Of a DNA stretch of 64,000 nt, positions 55,554 through 64,000 are shown piece after piece (the stretch's first letter is position 1; every line of letters begins with the position of its first letter). The stretch lies in assembly GCA_964405335.1 (NCBI GenBank), contig CAYONP010000009.1, positions 12,074 through 76,073 of the forward strand, read 5' to 3'. Source of the DNA: an uncultured Fimbriimonadaceae bacterium (GTDB lineage: Bacteria > Armatimonadota > UBA10988). The translations under genes and the position numbers were made by a program. The notes beneath the pieces were generated by a model. The model saw only the letters and a list, made by a program, of their open reading frames with translations. It did not search any database and had not been told where the DNA came from.

Positions 55554-56756
55554 CTAACCACCGGCTGGCATGCCCTGGGGCCTCGGTTCGGCCGCAAGCC
55601 CGTCAATCTCCCAGATCAGCGACTTCGCCAACTCGATGTCAAGGCGGCCCAGCGGCGTGAACGCCAACGAGACAAACGGTGCCGGGTCATTCAGGTGCTC
55701 GGCCAGTTCGCGTTCAGGCCGGCGTGCCAGGTCGAGCACGGCTTCGAAGGCGGTCCGGTTGCAGACGCCATAGAAGAGCAGCGGCAATGCTCGTTGCTTG
55801 GCCCGCAGCAGGGACTCGTCGCTCTGTGGGATTGGTGCCGACAGGTCGGCGAGGTGCTGGTAGGGCGTGTACAAGACCTCAAGGCATAGGTGCTGAGCGG
55901 TTGCTATGTCGCTGATCGCCACCGCGTAGGCGGCGCACGCCACGGCCACTTCCGGGCCGAGTCGCATGGGATCCTCGGCCACCAACTCGGTGTACCAAGT
56001 CAACGTGGGCAGATCGAGGACGGGCTCCCGGCTGCCCGTCGTGGTATTGCGCTGGAACAGCAGATCCTCCGCCATCCAACCCTCGTGCCGGGCGCGGACG
56101 CAGGCGAGCATGGCCGCCCCGAGCCAAGGCGGCGCCGCGCCCCGGCGGCGCAGAATCTGCGCCGAGACCCACCAAAGTCCCGACTGGGGTTCCGCGCCGT
56201 CGAGCGTGTCGGTAACCAGCGGGAGCCACGGCTCCGCCAGATGCTCAGCGCCGGCCGCGAGCAGGCCAATCAGCGGCGCAAGATCGAAGTGGCGCCGCCG
56301 GTGCAGCTCGCGGAACGCCAGGGCGACCTCGCGCGACATCGGGTTGACGATCTGATTCTCGGGCACCTCCCCATCGAAGGTCAGGGCCGAGTCTTGCAGC
56401 GACTCAGTGATTCGCTCGGCGCCACCGTCCACGTCCTGCCTCGCTGCCTGTTCGCGCCACGACTGCACCTGACCCAGGTAGACGCGAGCATCCTGCTCAC
56501 GGATTCGTTTGCCGAGTTCGCGCCCGCGTTCAAGGTAGAGGAGCAGCCGCGCGGTATCCGCGAGGTCCATGCCAGGCATCGGCTGCTGCGGTGTCGGGCG
56601 CTCGGTCGGCTCGGGGCGGTCCTCAGGGCCTTGATGCGGTCGGGTCTCGAGGGCCGCCAGTGCGGTCAGGCGCGCCAACACGACCGCGACCGACCAAAGG
56701 AGCCCGACGCGCAGACCAGGCTTGCATATCCGCTCCGTTCGAGCTATGCGCACCAT
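55554..56756 (-). CDS. Hypothetical membrane-anchored protein (about 400 aa)
   Basis: Start ATG at 56756 (in frame with the track ORF); N-terminal [22 protein letters not shown]; no recognised domain. Confidence 0.4.
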   Translation of the reverse strand: MVRIARTERICKPGLRVGLLWSVAVVLARLTALAALETRPHQGPEDRPEPTERPTPQQPMPGMDLADTARLLLYLERGRELGKRIREQDARVYLGQVQSWREQAARQDVDGGAERITESLQDSALTFDGEVPENQIVNPMSREVALAFRELHRRRHFDLAPLIGLLAAGAEHLAEPWLPLVTDTLDGAEPQSGLWWVSAQILRRRGAAPPWLGAAMLACVRARHEGWMAEDLLFQRNTTTGSREPVLDLPTLTWYTELVAEDPMRLGPEVAVACAAYAVAISDIATAQHLCLEVLYTPYQHLADLSAPIPQSDESLLRAKQRALPLLFYGVCNRTAFEAVLDLARRPERELAEHLNDPAPFVSLAFTPLGRLDIELAKSLIWEIDGLAAEPRPQGMPAGG

Positions 56757-56879
56757 GATTCCAGCTCCCCAACCGGCCCACCGCGATCGAAGCGCAGCTT
56801 GGGGCAGGCCGTCGACGCTCGTTCGTTCGTGTCCGGCTCGACCACGACAGTGGTAGACGCGATTCGCGTTCCTTGCCAC

Positions 56880-57989
<1,110 letters not shown>

Positions 57990-58143
57990 GTTGGTTCCTG
58001 GGCGGTCAGTTGGCAGAACGGGGCGGCACTCCTCGTGGCGTGGCGGTGGCAGGCGCCAAACCCGGGCGTTGGCCGGGCCGGACCGGCGCGATACGACCGC
58101 GCCGGCCCGCCCCGACCAACGCTCCCCGATGGCGGCCCGCCGT

Positions 58144-58686
58144 TCAGAGCGCCTCCGGCGTATCGACGTCGGCAAAGCAGCGCGGCACGATGGCTGCCTC
58201 GTCCAACGTGAGAACGCCGACACGCTCGGCGACGCGGCGCAGCGCCCGTTCGCCGGCTGCCTGGGCGGCAGTGAAGGCGGCGGCGCAGTCCGCGGTCCAG
58301 AACGAGGCGAGGTACTGGCGCCGGCCGTCGAGCACGACCAGCCGGGCGTGCGGTCCGGCGGGCAGGGGCGCGATGAGGGGCGCGAGGGCGACGGGCGTGA
58401 GGTAGGGCAGGTCGCAGGCGAGCAGCAGCCAGTCGCGGCCTGACAGGTGGGCGAGAGCGGCGACGACGGCTTGGACGGGCCCGCCGCCGGGTTCGCGGTC
58501 GGCGATGCGCCGGGCGGGCGGCGGGCAGGGGCCGGCGCCGCCGACGACCAGGATTGGGTCGGTCAGGGGCGCCGCGGCGGTGACCACGTGCTCGAGCATG
58601 GTTCGGCCGGCGACTAGGGCCTGGGCCTTGTCGCTGCCGAAGCGGCTGGAACGCCCGCCGGCGAGGATAACGGCGGCGGGCTTCAT
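58144..58686 (-). CDS. mobA: Molybdenum cofactor guanylyltransferase MobA
   Basis: [21 protein letters not shown]..., 180 aa; start overlaps the moeA-mobB stop by 4 bp. Confidence 0.8.
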   Translation of the reverse strand: MKPAAVILAGGRSSRFGSDKAQALVAGRTMLEHVVTAAAPLTDPILVVGGAGPCPPPARRIADREPGGGPVQAVVAALAHLSGRDWLLLACDLPYLTPVALAPLIAPLPAGPHARLVVLDGRRQYLASFWTADCAAAFTAAQAAGERALRRVAERVGVLTLDEAAIVPRCFADVDTPEAL

Positions 58687-60431
58687 GGCCGGCCGACGGC
58701 GATCAGCGCCGCGGTGAGGGTGTCGAGCAGGTCGGCGGGATAGAGCGACTCGAAGGCTGCCTCGGCCGGTCGGACGAGGAGCCACGAGTCAGGGTCGTCG
58801 GGTTCGGCGGCGAGCCTGAACTCGGCGTCCTGGCGGGGTTCGAGGCGGATGTGGCGGAGCGGGGTCTGCTTGAACCCTTCGACCAGGACGAGGTCGACCT
58901 CGCCGGCGAAGGACTCGAGCCAGGGCCAGAGGTGGGGCTGGTCGGTCTGGTGACAGAACAGGGCGGCGTGGTCGGGTCCGAGCAGCAGCACCCGCTCGGC
59001 GCCGGCGGCCGCGTGGCGGTGGGAGTCGGTCGCGGGCGTGTCGAGGCTCGGCTGGTGGTGGGTGTGCTTGACCGTGCCGATTCGCAGACCGGCCGCCCGC
59101 AGGCGCGGGATGAGCAGCTCGAGCAGCCGGGTCTTGCCCGATTTGGACGGCCCCCAGACCGCGACGACCGGGGGCAGGGGCGCGGTGAGGCGGAGGGTCC
59201 GGCCGGCCAGGGCGTCCGGGTCGACGGCAGCCTCGACTAGGTGGCCGGCGGGGTGCGGGCGCGGGCCGCGGAGTTCGGCGACCAGCGGTTGGCCGGCGGC
59301 CTCGCGCAGGATGGCGCTGCCCTGGCGGGGCGAGACGGTGAGCGCCGGTCGGCCAACGGCGGCGCCGAGGCCGGCGCGGAGGAAGTAGACCGGCATGTGG
59401 CCCGGGCGCCAGTCGGCGGCGAGGGGCAGGCGCAACCGCATGGGCGGCCGCCACCGCCCGCCGGCGGCGACGGCGAGGGCCGGGGCGACGAGCTGCTCGC
59501 AGGCGGTCAGCGCGGCGAGCGGGTTGCCCGGCAGGCTGAAGACCAGGGCGCGGCCGCGGCTGCCGAAGCGGACCGGCTTGCCGGGCTTCATGGCGACGCG
59601 GTAGAAGAGGGTCTGCAGGCCGGCCAGCCGCCACGCCTCGGCGATCACGTCACGGTCGCCGACCGAGGCGCCGCCTGCGGTGAGGACGAGGTCGGCGGCG
59701 TCGAGCGCTTGGCGCAGCCACGCGGCCACCGCGGCGGCGTCGTCGGGCAGGCGGTCGGCGCGGACCAGCTCGGCGCCCTGGCCGCGCAGCCAGGCGGTGA
59801 GCATCGGCTGGTTGACGTCGACGATCCGCGGATCGCCGGGCGCGAGGCTGCCCGCCTCGATCAGCTCTTCGCCGCAGGTCAGCAGCGCGACCCGGGGCCG
59901 GCGATGGACCAGCACCTCGGCCCGGCCGGCCGAGGCGAGCAGGCCGATTGCCGGCGGGTTGAGCCGCGTGCCGGCGGGCAGCAGTCCGTCGCCCGCGTGG
60001 TACTCCTCGCCGGCGCGGCGGAGGTTGGCGCCGGGCCGGGTCGGCGCGGTGAATCGAACCGCGCCGTCGCCCGGCGCGTCGACCTGCTCCTGGATGACCA
60101 CCGCGTCAGCGCCGGCGGGGATGAGACCGCCGGTGAAGATGCGCACCGTCTCACCCGGCGCGCACGGCGTGCCGCTGGGATGGCCGGCCTCGCTGGTGCC
60201 GACCAGCCGCAGCGCGACGGGCGCCTCGGCGGCGGCGGCGAGGTCGTCGCTGCGCACGGCGTAGCCGTCCATGGCCGAATTGTCGGCCGGCGGGTGATCG
60301 TGCGGGGCGACGATCTCCTCGGCCAGGTGCAGGCCGCCGGCGTCGGCCACCGCACAGCGGACGGCCGGCGTGGCCACGGCGTGGGCCAGGACGATTTCGC
60401 GGGCCAGGTCGAGGTCGAGCGGGTCAGCCAT
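58683..60431 (-). CDS. moeA: Molybdopterin molybdotransferase MoeA fused to C-terminal MobB (P-loop GTPase) domain
   Basis: MoeA blocks (HPPADNSAMDGYAV, ALVFSLPGNP) for about 400 aa, then VVAVWGPSKSGKTRLLELLIPRLRAAGLRIGTVKHTHH (MobB). Confidence 0.85.
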   Translation of the reverse strand: MADPLDLDLAREIVLAHAVATPAVRCAVADAGGLHLAEEIVAPHDHPPADNSAMDGYAVRSDDLAAAAEAPVALRLVGTSEAGHPSGTPCAPGETVRIFTGGLIPAGADAVVIQEQVDAPGDGAVRFTAPTRPGANLRRAGEEYHAGDGLLPAGTRLNPPAIGLLASAGRAEVLVHRRPRVALLTCGEELIEAGSLAPGDPRIVDVNQPMLTAWLRGQGAELVRADRLPDDAAAVAAWLRQALDAADLVLTAGGASVGDRDVIAEAWRLAGLQTLFYRVAMKPGKPVRFGSRGRALVFSLPGNPLAALTACEQLVAPALAVAAGGRWRPPMRLRLPLAADWRPGHMPVYFLRAGLGAAVGRPALTVSPRQGSAILREAAGQPLVAELRGPRPHPAGHLVEAAVDPDALAGRTLRLTAPLPPVVAVWGPSKSGKTRLLELLIPRLRAAGLRIGTVKHTHHQPSLDTPATDSHRHAAAGAERVLLLGPDHAALFCHQTDQPHLWPWLESFAGEVDLVLVEGFKQTPLRHIRLEPRQDAEFRLAAEPDDPDSWLLVRPAEAAFESLYPADLLDTLTAALIAVGRP

Positions 60432-60516
60432 GCCGGCGGGTTGACCGGCGAGGGTGAGTCACCTGCCGAGGAGGGCGGCACGGCGGGCGGGCGAACTCCG
60501 GGCTCGGCGATCGCGG

Positions 60517-63186
60517 ATGTCCCCCACAGTGTTGCTCGGTTCGCTCCTGCTGCTCGCCGCGCCGCCGGAGCCGGCGCCGCTGCCGATCGGGCTCGACGCC
60601 TATCGCCACTGGGAGCGCTGGCCGCAGCAGCGGATCGGGGTGCGGGCCTACATGCGCTCGACCTATGACCGGCGCGGCGGCAACGAGGCGGCCGACGCGA
60701 GCCACTTCCTCTATCAGGAGGCCGACGACTTCAGCGTCTCGCTCGACACCGTCGGACCCGGCCTGCTCTATTTCGTGCGCACCAACCACTGGCACGGCAG
60801 CCCGTGGCACTATGAGGTCGACGGCGTCGATCACCTCATCGCCGAGACCGCCACGGCCGATCCGGTCACCGCCCGAGCGCGGCTGACCGAGACCCTCTTC
60901 CTGCCCACCGAGCCGCTCCCCAACCCGCTGACCTGGACCTGGTCGACGACCAAGGGCGCCGACCTGAACTGGGTGCCGATCGGGTTCATACGCTCACTCC
61001 GCCTGGCCTACTCGCGCACCCACTACGGTACCGGTTACTACATCTACCACCTGCTCGACCGCAGCGCGCCGACGACGCAGCCGCTGCGCGCCTGGGACGG
61101 TCGCTCGCCACCCGACGCCGACGTGCTCGAGCTGCTCCGCCGGTCTGGCACCGAGCTGCTGCCCGGCGGCCTGGCCGCGCACGCGGGCGAGGCCGAGCTG
61201 CCGGCCGGCGCGGCGATCACGCTGGCCGAGCTGGCCGGCCCGGCGACGCTGCGGGCGATCGAGCTGAGCGTGCCGCGGGCGCAGGCGGTCGACTTCGGGC
61301 GGGCGCGCCTGCGGGTGACCTGGGACGGCCGCGCCGCGCCATCGATCGATGCGCCGGTGGCCCTCTTCTTCGGTGCGGGGACGCTCTACAACCGCGATGA
61401 TCGCGAGTACCTGGTGCGCTCGCTGCCGATCACCATCCGCTACGACGCGGAGCGGGTACACCTGGCCTGCGTCTTCCCGATGCCCTATTTCGGCTCGGCG
61501 CGAGTCGAGCTGGTCGGCGGCGAGTCGACGGCGACCGTGCGCTGGCGCCTGCGCACCGCGCCGCTCGACGAGCATCCCAGCCGGCTCGGTTACTTCCACG
61601 CCAGCTATGCCGATCACCCCGAGCCGGTGCCCGGCGAGGATCTGCTGCTGCTCGACACCCGCGGCGCCGAAGGCGCCGACGACTGGTCGGGCAGCTTCGT
61701 CGGCGCCTCGTGGATCTTCTCGCACCGCGGCGTGCTGAACACGCTGGAGGGTGACCCGCGGTTCTTCTTCGACGACGCCCGCACGCCGCAGGCCTACGGC
61801 ACCGGCACCGAGGAGTGGGGCGGCGGCGGCGACTACTGGGGCGGGCGAAACATGACCCTGCCGCTGGCCGGACATCCCTGCGGCGCCCCAAGCCCTGCGG
61901 CGGCGCGCGACCCGGAGGAGCTGATCCAGTCGGCCTACCGCTTCCTGCTCGCCGACCTGATGCCGTTCGGCCGCCGGGCGGTTATTCGCCTCGAGCACGG
62001 CGGCACCAACCAATCGACGGAGCACTACGAGACGGTCAGCTACTGGTACGGCGCGCCGGCGGCCACGCTGGTGCCCACCGACTCGCTCGACCTCGGCGAC
62101 CAGGACGACGAGCGGGCGCACGGCTACCTGTCGCCCGACGCCTCGGCGCCGTACCACCTGACCTCGCGGTTCGAGTGGGGGCCCGACACGATCCGTCTCG
62201 CCACCGGCGCGGCCGACGCGGCGCCGCTGGCCGAGCCCGAGGATCGGGCCGAGTTCGACTTCGCGGCCGCCGCCGGCACCTACCATCTCTGGCTGCTCGG
62301 CGCGAATCTCGACGGCAGCCTCACGTCCGACGCGGTCTGGCTGCAGTTCGACCAGGAGATCGGCACCACCCGCCTCGGCGCCGGGCACGATCACGCCAAG
62401 GGGTTCGGCAACTGGGGCGATGCGCACCCGTCCGGCGCCGACGCCTGGTCGAGCGCCCTGCCCGGCCAGCCGCCGCAGACGGTGACCTTCACCCGTGGCG
62501 GCGGGCACCGGCTGCGGCTGCAGCCACGCCACCCGGGCCATCGCGTCGAGCAGATCCTGCTCAGCCCATGGCGCGATGTGCCGCCGGACCAGCCGACCCA
62601 AGTCACGCCGGCAGCCGGCGAGATCGCCCTCACGGCCGACGACGCGACGGCGCTGCGTGGCCGGATCGAGCGCGGCGAAGTAGACGGCCGGCCGGTCCTG
62701 CTGGTCGGCGTCGGAGCGCGCGAGCAGGTGGTCTACCCACCGCACGAGGAGGTTGGACGGGTGACCACCGGCGCGTCGGAGTTCACCCTTGCGCTGGAGC
62801 CCGACAACTACGGCGTGGTGCTGCGGCGCACGCTCGACTACGCCTATCCCAACCAGCGCGCCGAGGTCTACGTCGCCGACGCCGGCGGCGAGGCGGCCGG
62901 CCCCTTGACCCACGCGGGCACCTGGTACCTGGCCGGCTCAAACACCTGCGTCTACTCGAACCCACGCGGAGAACTCGGCGCGACGGAGCATCACGCACAG
63001 ACCTCGAACCGCCGCTTCCGCGACGACGAGTTCATTGTCCCCCGCGCGCTGACCCGCGGGCTCGAGCGGATGCGTGTGCGGCTCGAGTTCGTGCCCGTCG
63101 CCCGCCCGCTCTACCCCGGCCATCCCCTGCCCGATCTGGCCTGGAGCGAGATCCGCTACGATGCCTACTGCTGGCGCAACCGATAG
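60517..63186 (+). CDS. Secreted DUF2961/GH172-like protein (889 aa)
   Basis: ATG at 60517 in frame with the track ORF; signal-like MSPTVLLGSLLLLAAP; block LEGDPRFFFDDARTPQAYGTGTEEWGGGGDYWGG resembles the DUF2961 (glycoside hydrolase 172) core. Confidence 0.55.
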   Translation: MSPTVLLGSLLLLAAPPEPAPLPIGLDAYRHWERWPQQRIGVRAYMRSTYDRRGGNEAADASHFLYQEADDFSVSLDTVGPGLLYFVRTNHWHGSPWHYEVDGVDHLIAETATADPVTARARLTETLFLPTEPLPNPLTWTWSTTKGADLNWVPIGFIRSLRLAYSRTHYGTGYYIYHLLDRSAPTTQPLRAWDGRSPPDADVLELLRRSGTELLPGGLAAHAGEAELPAGAAITLAELAGPATLRAIELSVPRAQAVDFGRARLRVTWDGRAAPSIDAPVALFFGAGTLYNRDDREYLVRSLPITIRYDAERVHLACVFPMPYFGSARVELVGGESTATVRWRLRTAPLDEHPSRLGYFHASYADHPEPVPGEDLLLLDTRGAEGADDWSGSFVGASWIFSHRGVLNTLEGDPRFFFDDARTPQAYGTGTEEWGGGGDYWGGRNMTLPLAGHPCGAPSPAAARDPEELIQSAYRFLLADLMPFGRRAVIRLEHGGTNQSTEHYETVSYWYGAPAATLVPTDSLDLGDQDDERAHGYLSPDASAPYHLTSRFEWGPDTIRLATGAADAAPLAEPEDRAEFDFAAAAGTYHLWLLGANLDGSLTSDAVWLQFDQEIGTTRLGAGHDHAKGFGNWGDAHPSGADAWSSALPGQPPQTVTFTRGGGHRLRLQPRHPGHRVEQILLSPWRDVPPDQPTQVTPAAGEIALTADDATALRGRIERGEVDGRPVLLVGVGAREQVVYPPHEEVGRVTTGASEFTLALEPDNYGVVLRRTLDYAYPNQRAEVYVADAGGEAAGPLTHAGTWYLAGSNTCVYSNPRGELGATEHHAQTSNRRFRDDEFIVPRALTRGLERMRVRLEFVPVARPLYPGHPLPDLAWSEIRYDAYCWRNR

Positions 63187-63252
63187 ACCAGCGACGCCAC
63201 TCAGCTTGTCAACGTATTTGCCAAATCAGGGCAGCGTCCCCATTTCTCGGCG

Positions 63253-63281
63253 TTGACAGGTGCGCGGCTTGCTGTTACGTT
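63253..63281 (+). promoter_or_regulatory. Sigma-70-like promoter for miaB: TTGACA - 17 bp - TACGTT
   Basis: -35 at 63253-63258 and -10 at 63276-63281, about 40 bp upstream of the miaB ATG. Confidence 0.35.
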
Positions 63282-63319
63282 GGAACCGCTCCCCGCGCGG
63301 CGCGGCGGCCTTCTGAACC

Positions 63320-64000
63320 ATGTCCCGCAAGCTCTACATCGAGACCTATGGCTGCCAGATGAACGTGGCCGACTCGCAACTGCTCGCCGGCCAGCTCGAG
63401 CCGCTCGGCTATCGCCGCACCGACACGCCGGCCGATGCCGACGTGATCCTGGTCAACACCTGCGCCATCCGCGATCACGCCGAGCAGCGGGTGTGGGGTC
63501 GCATGGCCCAGTTGGCCGGGCAGAAGCAGCAGCGGCCGTGGGTCACGCTGGGCCTCGTCGGCTGCATGGCACAGCACCTGCGCGAGCAGATTGCCGAGCG
63601 CGCGCCCTATGTCGACTTGGTCGTCGGCCCCGACGCCTACCGCCGGATCGGCGACATCCTGCTCACCGAGCGCGACGAACCGTTCGTCGACGTGCGGCTC
63701 GACAAGCGCGAGAACTACGAGGGGCTCGACCCGGCGAGCGACAACGGCGTGACCGCCTTCGTGACCATCATGCGCGGCTGCGACAAGTTCTGCACCTTCT
63801 GTATCGTACCGTTCGTTCGCGGCCGCGAGCGCAGCCTGCCGCGCGATGAGATCGTCCGCTCGGCGCGGCATCTGGCCGCACAGGGGATTCGCGAGGTCAC
63901 CCTGCTCGGCCAGACGGTCAACGCCTGGCGCGATGGCGACGAGACCTTCGCCGACCTGCTCCGCGCCGTCAATGCGGTCGACGGGCTCGAGCGCATCCGC
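63320..64000 (+). CDS. miaB: tRNA-i6A37 methylthiotransferase MiaB, 3'-truncated by window edge
   Basis: MSRKLYIETYGCQMNVADSQLLAGQLEPLGY...ADVILVNTCAIRDHAEQRV (MTTase N-domain) and radical-SAM CxxxCxxC (CDKFCTFC); runs off the window so absent from the ORF track. Confidence 0.85.
   Translation, partial: MSRKLYIETYGCQMNVADSQLLAGQLEPLGYRRTDTPADADVILVNTCAIRDHAEQRVWGRMAQLAGQKQQRPWVTLGLVGCMAQHLREQIAERAPYVDLVVGPDAYRRIGDILLTERDEPFVDVRLDKRENYEGLDPASDNGVTAFVTIMRGCDKFCTFCIVPFVRGRERSLPRDEIVRSARHLAAQGIREVTLLGQTVNAWRDGDETFADLLRAVNAVDGLERIR

Noticed and set aside
58789-62913. ORFs 58789..59634 (-), 59241..60668 (+) and 60994..62913 (-)
   Set aside because: Off-frame/antisense to moeA-mobB and the GH172-like gene; poly-Arg/Pro/Gly translations.

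Overview
High-GC (about 70%+) bacterial chromosomal segment with no rRNA, tRNA, CRISPR or transposase detected. Content from start to end: (1) a plus-strand flagellar late-gene cluster flgH(partial)-flgI-rod-binding FlgJ-like-flgM-flgN-flgK-flgL plus one unknown ORF; (2) purB-purE; (3) two tandem paralogous HAF-repeat lipoprotein genes with duplicated leader regions, next to a 1319-aa SARP/BTAD-NB-ARC-TPR regulator; (4) gmd and a 725-bp repeat/G-tract-rich intergenic region; (5) a repeat-flanked GcvH-like/PAS gene; (6) a minus-strand flagellar cluster with Firmicutes/spirochaete-like order (fliJ, an SLT-FliK fusion, flgD, flagellar operon protein, flgE, flbD, an M14 peptidase where motB is expected, motA-like, fliL, two FliN-domain genes, fliO/P/Q/R, flhB) that lacks flhA, fliM and motB; (7) a minus-strand operon of secreted proteins (1311-aa ThuA-like/YVTN propeller/phosphoesterase, EEP nuclease, two hypotheticals) divergent from an AAA ATPase-ackA pair; (8) a second M14 peptidase and alr; (9) a two-gene OLD-like ABC ATPase + Toprim (DUF4276-like) module (candidate defence system); (10) an exosortase-EpsI/PrsT-like TPR lipoprotein/GT4 locus; (11) an array of three orphan rhs C-terminal toxin tips with low-GC immunity-like genes and recombination repeats; (12) fumC, a YVTN propeller protein, class V aminotransferase, mobA, a moeA-mobB fusion, a GH172/DUF2961-like protein and the 5' part of miaB. 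Many long ORFs in the six-frame track are opposite-strand or off-frame artefacts of the GC bias and were not called.
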